Source of the DNA: Mobula hypostoma
Lineage: Eukaryota
DNA length: 64,000 nucleotides
Direction of reading: 5' to 3'
Assembly (NCBI RefSeq): GCF_963921235.1
Contig: NC_086108.1
Span: 23,870,001-23,934,000 of the forward strand
Positions 35,605 to 46,312 of this stretch are shown here, piece after piece. Under the pieces are notes generated by a model. The model saw only the letters and a list, made by a program, of their open reading frames with translations, was not told where the DNA came from and did not search any database. Made by a program: the position numbers and the translations under genes. How positions within the stretch are numbered: the stretch's first letter is position 1; each line of letters begins with the position of its first letter.

Positions 35605-36735
35605 AACAGAGAGGAGGAGGTATTTCTTTAGCCAGGGGCTGGTGAATCTGTGGAATTCATTGCACAGATGGATTGTAGAGGCCAAGTTACTGGGTATATT
35701 TGAAATGGAGGGGCAGAGCTACGATGGCACTTTAACAGCGACCCCTTCAAGCTCATCTCTGGAAACAGCTTAATTTCTACCTTTGATGTCTCTCTTTTCC
35801 CTTTTCAGGGTGGATGGGGTTCTGTTAGAGACCCTGACCTGGAGTTGCCCTCAGACTTTGGTTCTATGCGGTGTTAGTACTCACTCTCAGGGGCATACAA
35901 CCGGCCGCTTTTCGAAATCCTAAGGACGTGGCCTAGAAGACGAGCGCGCCTTCAGGGTTCCGAGGCTTTGCAGCCCTGTGGACGAACCGATGCAATGCCA
36001 GTGCCACCAGTTGAAGTGTCATCGGAGAAGACGGAACACTGGGAACAGGGATCAACTGCCGGGGGCTCCATACTCGACTTGCACGCTCTCTCTTTCTCTT
36101 GTTGGTTAGAGAGAGTTTGTTGCCGACTCTTGAGTCCAAGAACTCTGAAAAAAGCGACGCACCAGACTTTTTCATTGCAAATCAACAAGTTGTTTTGTTT
36201 ACGTCTCCCCTCTCTCTGAGTGGCATTTCTCTGCCCCTTTATTAGGGAGAGAGAGACCCTGTGCTATGTCAAATTTGTTAGGTGAACAATTAGTTTTTGT
36301 TGTACCGAAGATCATGGTCTTCCTTGGTGGCTTTGATATTGCTTGCTTGATGGGTGGAAGGGCTGATGCCTTTTGCTGAATTAAGTGGTGGAGGGGAGCA
36401 CCGTTACTATTCCTCTGCTTGTGCATGGGAGTGGGAGTGGGGCGTTTTGGAGTTCTAACGTTTTTACTGTCACTCATATTTTGGGGCACTCTCCTGTTTT
36501 CATGGATGTCTGCAAAGAACAAGAATTTTCAGATGTATATTGTATACATTTCCCTGATATTAAATGGAACTATTCAAATGGAGGTTGATAGGGACTTGAT
36601 CAGTAAGTGCATCAAACGTGTTGGGGAGAAGGCAGGAGAATGGGGTTGAGAGGGAAAATAAATCAGCTATGATCAAATAGCAGAGTAGACTCAATGGTCC
36701 AAATGGCCTATTTCTGCTCCTATATCTTGGAGTCT
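35605..36735 (+). mobile_element. CR1 3' end split by family A copy 3
   Basis: ttctttagccagggg..ggtgaatctgtggaattc...aaatggagg resumes after the insert as ttgatagg...ggggagaaggcaggagaatggggttgag. Confidence 0.8.
35712..36575 (+). mobile_element. Non-coding retroposon family A, copy 3 (apparently full length, 864 bp)
   Basis: 9-bp TSD AAATGGAGG at 35703-35711 and 36576-36584. Starts ggcagagctacgatggc and ends gtatacatttccctgatattaaatggaactattc. Confidence 0.85.
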
Positions 36736-38044
36736 GACGGTATTATCCCCATTTACATTCAGTTGACTGTGGCCGGCTGAACACTTTGATCATATGGCCA
36801 ATACTAGGCTCCTTTTACAAACATTCTATTCTACGATCTAATGATCAGATTAACAGTGGAAATGATCCAGCGATGTATTCAGCTTCTCTTCGAACAAATG
36901 CAACACAACTGTACTGACTCTTAAGAACTACTGACCCCTGAGAAAAAGCACCTGGGATGATATTGAGAACTTTGAGACCGGTGGAAGGAATGCACCAACT
37001 CACAAACCAGTCATCCAGCAATGGAAAAGGTGGCAGTTTCTACGTTGGCCTCATCAGCCACATAATAATCCATGAAATCAGAGTGGAGGTAGGCCATCCT
37101 ACATCCCAAGGGAATGCCTAAGAAGGACCTCTGCTGCTATTTCAAAGACTTCAGAGGTTTATTTGCTAGATAGAGTACTTTGTTCTCTGCCTCCGAAGTT
37201 CACATCCTTGAAATCATTGAATTTTGCACTGCTAGATTGTGATACATTTCTGCCTAGCATTATTTTGAGTTTCTATGACAAGTTCTACTTAGTAATTGCA
37301 ACTCTTGATAGAGACTGAAGCAAGAAATTCTGTCATGGATATGAGCTCAAAACTCAACCTAATTAGCCTGTGATAGTGTAATTCCTAATAGTGCAGTTCC
37401 AGCTTGGAAAATAGTCAGGAAAAAGAAATGGGAACGAGCATTTCTGAAAATGTGCGCAATTTTTGAATTTATTTCTTCACATTCAGAGGGCATGATCATC
37501 AACACAAGTCATTAGAACATATTGAAATACTATGAACTCTATTTTTTCTGTGTCAAGTACATAAGTATCTAAAGAACCAATACCTTATCAATATAATATA
37601 AACTACAATACAGAGAATTATTCAAAACTGACACAGACCTTAACATTTCCTTTATGATGATGAAAACTGCTATAAAGTTTCCTCTTTCCCTTTTGTAGTC
37701 CATTAACAGTGAGGTCAGAAAATTCATTTACAGAGAATAATTGAAAATAAATCTGGCAGCAGAAAACAGTTCAGCAGCTGGCACGGTCAAGGGGAAGAGA
37801 ACTTAAACAAGTGAGTATAAAGGATTGCGGTGCTAAAGAGAGATCAGGTGAAATTTCACAAGACAGGTAGATTTAGAAAAGGCATGAGAAGAGTAAGCAT
37901 ATGATCATATGAATGAAAGTTATTCAGCAAAGCAATAGGTCCTTTGGGCTACTGTATTCACAATGACCCACTCACAAGTTTATTTATCCTCTTACATTAA
38001 CTACACCTTCTTCTTTGCCACCCACCTGCACTACAGTGCTTGCA

Positions 38045-38460
38045 TTTTACAGTGGACAAACCTGCATGTCTCCTGGATATGGGAGAGAAGTAGAATATCC
38101 ATAGAAACCTGCAGAGAGAATGTGTAAGCTCCACACAAATACCATCAGTGGTCAGAACACACTTTACAGTATTGGCGACCCAGGTTCAATTCCTTCCACT
38201 GCTTGTAGGGAGTTTGCACGATCCCCTATGACTATGTGGGCTTCCTCCAGGTGCTCTGTTTCTCTCCCACAGTCCAAAGATGCACCGGATATTAGGTTAA
38301 TTGGTCATTGTAAATTGTCCTGTGATTAGCTTGGGATTAAATTGGGGGATTGCTGGTCTTGAAGGGCCAGAAGGGCCTATTCCCTGCTCTATGTCAATAA
38401 ATAAATGAACTGAACCAGAACATCTGGAGTTGTGAGGCAACATCTCTTAACTGCTGCGGC
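38045..38460. mobile_element. Plus-strand V-SINE (about 38160-38406) inserted in an older minus-strand V-SINE
   Basis: The inner copy has ggttcaattcc, the V-domain gggagtttgcacg...tcccacagtccaaaga and an aataaataaat tail. The flanks read as the two halves of an inverted copy. Confidence 0.75.
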
Positions 38461-39679
38461 AATGTGCTGTTCTGAGATATGGGAAAATAAATGAGGAGGA
38501 ATGTGATGAAGAATAAGAACAAATCTTAAGGGGATAAATGAGAAAGTAATTTTTGTCAACTTTAGCTACTGTGCAAAATTTCAAGCGAAATCTCGGAGAA
38601 ACTTATATTGAACAACAGAGGTTGTATTTTCCCAGTGTCAAGAAAATGATTCATGTACAGACATTTTTCACTCAGAACTGAATCAGAAAGAAGCCACCTT
38701 CGTTCTTGAGGCTTGCCAAAGAAGGAAGAAAAAGGAGGAGAGGAGCTTCCATAATTTCTCTGAAAAGCTGGCTTTGGTTTCTCAAAAAACAGGATCAAAT
38801 AGGAAAACTAACTAACTAAATATTAGAGCTCAGCTAGAACAAAGGAAGCTCAGAGTGTAGACAGGTCAGCTGAAAAGCATGACGAGTCAAAATTCGTCCT
38901 ACTCTTTGTCACGAAAGCTAGCAAGAAACATTGGAACATTGAAATCGTTGTTTTAGGAGGACTGAAGAAGGAAGTGAGATCACGAATAGAGACCCAGGGA
39001 ATCAGGAGTCTGGAGGTTATCATAATATTGTTTCCTTGCTGCAAAGTTGCATGTGTGTGCAAGCACAGGCACGTGGTGAGAAGGAAGAAAAACTAGAGTA
39101 TAGGATGTCAGGAGAATTTGGATAACCTGAGAGTTGCATTTAATAATGTTGCAATTATTGTTCAAATGTTAACGTTAATTTTATTCTCTCTCAGGAGATA
39201 TCAGAATCATACAGAAACCTAAATTATTTTGAACAATTTCATTGTTCTATTTCTTAAACATGGATAATGTTTATGATTATTTTTGTTAGGCGGCATTTTG
39301 TTAATTTCAAATGCTTTGTCTTTCTGTTCATGGCTGGTTATTCTCAAGCTTTCAAGAAGATAGCTGTTACATTGCTATGACAATATCGTAGTTAATTCAA
39401 TGCAAATGTAATGCAAATTCAGCATATTATGCATGTATACATGACAACTGAAGGTTCAACAAATGTGGAAACAGGTCAGGCATAAAGGTTGGTAAAAAAA
39501 GTAAATACAGAGACACAGTGAGAGAGGGACAGAAGAAAAGAAACAGTTGGGCAAAAGAAAAATAGTGAAATGACATAAAGATGTAAGACAAATATAACAA
39601 GAGAGTTCATGTGAAGGATGTAGAGAAATTACTGGTCATTTTTGTTATCCGGCTCCCCAAGAGCTGGTCAGCTAAGTCC

Positions 39680-40260
39680 AGAAGCTTATGCCAGGGAGGA
39701 AGATTCACTAGATTGGTTCAGGTCTGTGAGAGTGCTGTATTGTGAGAGATTGAGTAGATTAGTCTTGCCTCCCCTAGAATTGAGAAGGATGGGAGGAAAT
39801 CTCATTGAAACTTACAGAGAATTTAGGAAAGTACAACACAGGAACAAGCTCTTCAACCCAAAATATATGTACTGAACACAATGTCACGTTAAACTAAATT
39901 CCTTCTGCTGGTGCATGATCCATGTCCCTTCATATTCACAAAACTAATTGACTCCTAAATACCACTACAGTATCTGTCTTCCCAATACCCTGCCAGTCCA
40001 TCCTAGCCATCTTCCACTCTCTGCGTAAGAAATCTTGCACTGCACATCTCCCTTAAATTTGCTGCTCCCCAAACCTGAAATGCATGGCCTGTAGTATTTG
40101 GAACCTCTACTCTGAGGTGGGGTCTGATCCTATCTATGCCTGTGATCATTTTATAACCTTATATCAGGTACAAACTCTATCAAGACAGGTGCAGGGAGGA
40201 TGTTTGCACTGACTGAGAAGTCCAGAACCAGGGGTCAAAGTCTCAGAGGTCAGGATATGA
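39680..40260. mobile_element. Decayed CR1 fragments: a plus copy interrupted by a minus-strand 3' end at about 39815-40170
   Basis: LELRRMGGNLIETY on plus, then an inverted CR1 tail, then continuation at agtccagaaccaggggtc. Confidence 0.65.
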
Positions 40261-41109
40261 TTTGACAGTCAGGATCTTAATGTCAGCTTGGCACACCCAA
40301 TGAGTAATCGCAATACCAGGGATTACATTGGTTACTGTGAAGTTGTCCAGGCCATGCAGGTGGATGAATAAGCAGAATGGTCGTTAGGGGCATCTATAAG
40401 TGGAAAAGTGTGTGATGATAAAGCAAAGAGGTAGATACAAACCTGAGAGGAGCTATATATTTTTTCTAAAGATTTGGTATGGTTGGCCCCTGTCCAATAA
40501 AAAGCCTGAATCTGTATATAAGACACGCATCACTGTTGGGCTGTGCTTGCGTACTGATTTCAAACACTCGTTATATGTTTTTTGAAGTCACTGCACATAT
40601 CAGGACAACTTGTCTTAAAGTGTACTGTTGGACAGAATGCATGACAAAAAGTTATATTCTTCACAATCTGCACAGGAAGTCTCCAATTGCTTCAGTGTTC
40701 AGCTTTTTTATTACAGCATTCCAAACCCTGTCTCTTTGACAGTTTTCCAGACTTAACACTAAAATTAGCCATTTCAGTTCTGATCCACCCACTTACATCT
40801 CCTTTAGGCTATCCTTTTATTTCTTTCAATGTTGCTTATCCCACCACCATCTTCTTTTGGTTTAGATTAGAAGCTCTTTGAGTCATTCCTTCTCTTTCAT
40901 CCCATCAATGAACATGTGCTTTCCCCCACCTTCTCCTTCAGTTACCCCTGCATCTTAAAAATAGCTTATCTCTAGCTTCCTCCATCCTGATGGCAAGTCA
41001 CTGACATAAGATGTTACCTTGCAGAACTGCTGAGTATTTCCAAGTTGTTTTATTAATTTCGTAAGGGTTCCATGCCAGTGTTTTTATTTCAAATCTTGCT
41101 ATAATTAAC

Positions 41110-41680
41110 TCTACAAGGCACTGGTAAGGTAATACCTTATTTGTATCACTGGGTGTGGTTCTGATATCCATATTTAAGGAAGGATATACTTCGAATCTGT
41201 GCTGTCTCGGGGTGAGGGAAGAGAGGCTGTGTGAAGTGGTTTTGAATAATATTCTCTTTTCTTCACTGGAGTTATGAGGAAAGAAAGGTAATCTCACCAA
41301 GATGTGTAAGATTCTGAACAGGACTGATAGAATTGATGTTGATAAGTTGTTTTCTCTCTCCCAGCCACTGAATCAAAGGTCACTATCTGAGAATAAGCGA
41401 TGGATCAATTAGTATTGAGGCAAGAGCTGTAAATCTTTAGAATTCCTTACTCTAGACTAGGGTCCAGTCCCCAGGGTCCATGGACCCCTTGCTTAATTGT
41501 ATTGGTCCACGGCACAAAAAAGGTTGGCAATCCCTGCTCTAGAGAATCATGGATGCTCATTCATTGAGTATTTTCAAGCATATAGCTGCTAGATGTTTGC
41601 CAAATCAACAAAAAGAGGGTCAACAACTAACTCACTGAATGCTGGAGAACAAATAAAGGCCATTCTTGTCCACCCCTAAT
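41110..41680 (+). mobile_element. Highly decayed CR1 3' part
   Basis: Contains ttcactggagttatgaggaaagaaaggtaatctc...gtgtaagattctga and aatctttagaattcc. Confidence 0.55.
41458..41536. mobile_element. ~80-bp hAT/Charlie-type MITE
   Basis: Termini tagggtcc and ggttggcaatccctg, with 8-bp TSD CTCTAGAC/CTCTAGAG fitting the NTCTAGAN Charlie target preference. Confidence 0.8.
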
Positions 41681-42394
41681 GTTTAATGTACAGTTTAAGA
41701 ACTCGCATCCCCACACAAGTAGATCATTGAAAGTTTTTGAAGGTACAACAGAGCTGAAGATGAAGATGAAATAAAGGATATCACATAATTAACTAAACAT
41801 TCACAAGCAACAGTTCAATTCCATCCCACATTGGAGCTTCTGGCTGAAGTGTAGTCTCACCAGGTTGACAATACAGGGTGGGTTATTAATTGACTGGATT
41901 ATAGGAATCAGAGTGCATTTGTCAATGGTAACAGTTGTAATTAGGCATCTTTAACTAGTAGAACTCCTGAAGGGTCAGCCCTGTTACTCTTGTTGTTTAT
42001 AATCTTTATTAATGACCTCAGTGAGGTTCGTGCAAGTAAAACATCTGGGAGTGATTCCTTTGGTGTCAAGTTAAAAATACAGAACATGGTGTGTCATCTT
42101 TATTGAACAGACTCTGCTCCTTATTTGTGGGTACTCCTGTAAACTAAGGAAGTAGTTCAAAATTAAGTAGCTTCCTCCCCTCCATCAATCTTTGGGTCAA
42201 ATCCTATTTCCGACACTTGCATAAAAAATCTAACACCCGCTGTGTCATCTTTTAGATGATACAGTAAGTTGCTCTGCGAATCAATGTCTAAAAATAAATC
42301 CCTCTAGACAATGGCATAATTTGAATATTAAAAGCAGATCTGCAAAGTTGATATTTTTGCAATAAATGTCAATAAAAGTAAGGTCACCTATTCA

Positions 42395-42600
42395 GTTATT
42401 GTCTGTGGGATTCTTGTCTTCTCTTTGAAGATGAGTTGCAGCCATTACAGCTTAGTGGGCTCTGAGGTGACTGAGGGTTCTGAAGTGCAATTTGAGAACT
42501 GCTACTATGTACATTAACGGGGCCAAAGGTATCTGATGGGTGGCTAGATTGTGAGGTAGTACTCTCCTTCCGCCACTTTAACAACTTCGGTACCTGCACA
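42395..42600 (-). mobile_element. Old RTE LINE 3' remnant
   Basis: Minus ctcagtcacctcagagcccac...catcttcaa resembles 45957-46025 of the young RTE. Confidence 0.5.
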
Positions 42601-42698
42601 TTGACTGCTGTTTTACTCTTAAATTGGGAAAAAGTAATTTGCTGGAGGGAGAGCCTCTGCACTAGCAAACACTAAACAAATTCAGTTTACTTCTGTCC

Positions 42699-42720
42699 TA
42701 TATATATATATATATATATA
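42699..42720. repeat. (TA)11 microsatellite
   Basis: Read directly from the sequence. Confidence 0.95.
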
Positions 42721-43276
42721 AAATCTGTATTACTGGTGAGTGTCTGAGCATCCCTGATGGAGGAAATGAATCAGAGTGGTAGAGACATCCAGTGTTTTAC
42801 TAAGTAATCAAAGATATTACATTCAGTAATGAAAATGAGCAATGTAATTATTTACGCATTATAGTGCACTTCATCGATTCCAAAAATGTGCTATCTCTAC
42901 GTTCCTCCCTTTTCAGCAGAGAATACAGACTAAATTTCAATTTTACCTTATTCCATTTCAGGGATGCTATCAATTATTTTGCGAGTCAAGTAAGCTCCTG
43001 TGAAATATGCATTTATGTTCGAATAAATTGGTTCCAAAGTGAAAACTATGCACCAGAAGCATCAGCCTTGTTCTTTGGTGGTGTGTCTTTGACCTGAGTA
43101 TAATGTTCATTTTTTTTCCAACAGATGCTGCCTTACCTGCTAAGTGCTTCCAGTATTTTCTGTAGTAGATTTTAGATTTCTATCTTCTGTAGTCTTTGGA
43201 GTCATATCCTACAGATTATTGTTACTTCAATTGTCCATAATATACATGTTGATAAAAAATTGATTATTAAGTAATG

Positions 43277-43463
43277 GCAGCTCCTCTCTATGCCTTGTGG
43301 TCCATCAGATGGCAACCTTGCTACTTCTTTAGCATTTTGTCTGTGGCTAGCTCAATGCTCAACCCAGCTTGGATGGAAAGCATGCAAGGAGCCGGCTGGA
43401 TTTGAACCCAGGACCACTCGCCTTGAAGTGTGGTGCTGATGGCACTACACTACTGGCCGGCAG
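43277..43463 (-). mobile_element. tRNA-derived SINE (same family as 56973-57187)
   Basis: B box GGTTCAAATCC on minus and a 12-bp TSD TATTAAGTAATG at 43265-43276 and 43464-43475. Confidence 0.85.
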
Positions 43464-44107
43464 TATTAAGTAATGAACTACTTGTTTTTCTGATTTTAGA
43501 CTTTCAGGGTGCTTTCCTACATCTTCCAGTTTCTTATTAATATGTGTTTTAAATAGGCCGTCTGAATTAAAAGAGATTAATATGCCAACATATAGTTTTC
43601 TTCAAAGCCTGAAAGCAACAAGCAATTTGTTCACCTGTCACAGTAGCTGGAAAATGCCCTTATTAGTCAACATGTTAGAAAAGTAATTTATCTTCATCTG
43701 CAGCCAGCATATCAGCATACACCAGATGCACTCACTGAAGCTAACCAAAGCAAATACCAAGTGGCAAGTACACACATTTAGCACTCTCTGCTCAGTCGCT
43801 GTCTGTGTACAACAAGTGACAAGAAAGAAGCCCATATTCGGGTAGTTAACTCCTTAAACAGAATAGTGACTGACAAATCCATGACAAGGACAGCAACGAG
43901 AATTAATTGAGTGCAAGTTAAATGAATGACCCGTTGATGGGATAGTCTCCTTTGGAGTTTATATTTTTCAACAAAGATGAAGGGTACTTAACAAATGAGC
44001 CACTAATGCAGGCTGTTTACCATACTGACACAAAACATCTTTAACAGCTCACATCAAGCCTTGCTTCTGCCTTTGAAGAACGTGAAACATATATAACTTA
44101 AGAGTGG

Positions 44108-46046
44108 GTGATGAACTTGCTGGGACAGCTAAACTTCTCCATGATCTTCCACAAGCCTTCTCTGCTGACCGTATCGAAAGCCTTGGTTAGATCGACAAAG
44201 GTCACGAAGAGGTCACTGTGTTGCTCCTGGCATTTTTCCTGGAGTTGGGGCGCAGCAAAAATCATGTCCGTGGTCCCACGTTCAGCACGGAAGCCGCACT
44301 GGCTTTCTGGGAGCAGACCTTGCTCAAGATGTTGGAGAAGGCGGTTGAGCAGGACGCGGGCCAGAATCTTCCCCGCAATGGACAAGAGTGAGATGCCTCG
44401 GTGGTTGTCGCAAGACTGGCAGTTGCCTTTCCTCTTGTAGATATGGACTATGCTGGCATCTTTCAGCTGTTGCGGGACCTGTCCCTTTTTCCACATGGAC
44501 TGGAAGAGTACAGTCAGCTTTTGCATCATGACAGGGCCTCCTGCTTTGTATACCTCAGCAGGGATTGCATCGGGTCCTGGCGCTTTGCCACAGGAGAGTT
44601 GCTTCACTGCCTTCCTGACTTCATCTTCTGTGGGGAGGGTGTCGAGGTTCTTGTTGATCTCTACCTGGGGCAGGCGGGCAATGGCCTCGTCGTTGATGTT
44701 GGCATGGCGGTTAAGGACGTTGTTAAACTGCTCAGCCCACCGATCCAGAATCTGCTTCATCTGTTCGTCACAATCGTCCGGCAGTTCCACGACAGTATGA
44801 TGGTGAAAGTTCTGGATGACGGCGACGAGTTGGAGGCCTTCCCAGTGACAAATGGCGTCAAACAAGGCTGCGTTCTTGCCCCGACTCTGTTCAGTATGGT
44901 ATTCTCTGCCATGCTGACAGATGCCTTCCGTAACTACGAGGAAGGAATCCACATCGGGTACAGGACTGACGGCAGGTTGTTCAACCTTAGGCGCCTGCAG
45001 GTAGTTACAAAGGTGCAAGAGACTGTCATCAGAGACTTCTTGTTTGCTGATGACTGCGCACTCAACGCCAGCACAGAGCAGGAGATGCAGCGTGAAATGG
45101 ACTGCTTCTCACAAGCCTGCGACAACTTTGGGCTCACTATTAGCATCAAAAAGACCGAAGTTATGTACCAGCCTGCCCCAGGAAAGCCATACCAGGAGCC
45201 GTGCATCACGGTGAAGAGCCAGAACCTCCAGGTAGTCAACAACTTCACCTACTTGGGCAGCATACTCTCTCGCGCAGTGAACATAGACGCTAAGGTCAAC
45301 AACAGGATTGCCAAAGCCAGCGACGCCTTTGGGAGACTTGTGAGAATGTCTGGGAGCGGAGAGGACTCAGCCTTACCACCAAGCTGAAGGTCTACTGTGC
45401 GGTGGTCCTTACCACCCTCCTTTACGCCAGCGAGACCTGGAATGTCTACAGCGGACACGCCAAACAGCTCAACCACTTTCACCTGAGCTGTCTCCGCAGA
45501 CTCCTCCACGTCAGGTGGCAGGACAAAGTCCCTGACACGGAAATCCTGGAACGAGCTGGGCTCTGCAGTGTCTACACCCTCCTGCTGAAAGCCCAAGCCA
45601 GGTGGGCTGGACATGTGGTCAGAATACCAGACAGCCGATTGCCTAAGCAGCTGCTGTACGGAGAACTGTGTCAGGGCAAGCGATCAGTCAGGGGGCAGAA
45701 GAAATGTTACAAAGACTGCCTCAAAGCGTCCCTCAAAGGCCTGGGTGTCGACATCAACATGTGGGAGACGCTTGCCCTCGACCGTCCAGCTTGGTGCAGC
45801 AAGATCACCACAGGAGCCCGTGCAGCTGAAGTCAGGCGCATCATCGAGGCGCAACAAAAGCGTGCTGTGCGCAAGGCCCGAGCAGCATCCACTGCCACGA
45901 CAGCACCCACCCACTTGTGTCCCACATGTGGGCGAGCCTTCAGGGCCCGGATTGGCCTCATCAGTCACCTCCGGACCCACAGCCACCAATCTTCCATTTG
46001 ACTTTGAAGCCATGGTCATCTTCGATTGCAAAGGACGAACAACAAC
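44108..46046 (+). mobile_element. Young 5'-truncated RTE-clade LINE with a 5' inversion (44108-~44762 inverted)
   Basis: RT motifs GKAPGPDAIP, NHRGISLLS, ESQCGFR and FVDLTKAFDTV are on minus. GVKQGCVLAPTLF, DFLFADDCAL, FTYLGS and the C-terminal CPTCGRAFRARIGLISHLRTH are on plus. It has an (AAC)n tail, TSD AAGAGTGRGT and one frameshift near 45340. Confidence 0.95.
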
Positions 46047-46312
46047 AAGAGTGAGTACCTTTTTTCACACACCCACATTACAGTATTACAAAAACAAATT
46101 CAGAAAAGTACCAGTAATGGCTTATTAAGGACTGACCTTGGGAAAGATCAATTGAGTCCATAACAAGCAGTAATAACAACATGGCATAAGTGGCAAATCA
46201 TCTGAACAAAATGAATTGCTATTATCATCTAAGTGGGAATTGGGAAATCTAAAATAACAACAGAAAATGCCAGAAACAAAGCAGGTAACGCAGCATCAGT
46301 TGGAAAGAGAAC

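Noticed and set aside
44098..45387. 306-aa and 328-aa ORFs as two overlapping genes
   Set aside because: They are the two halves of one RTE ORF separated by an inversion, each extended by antisense read-through.
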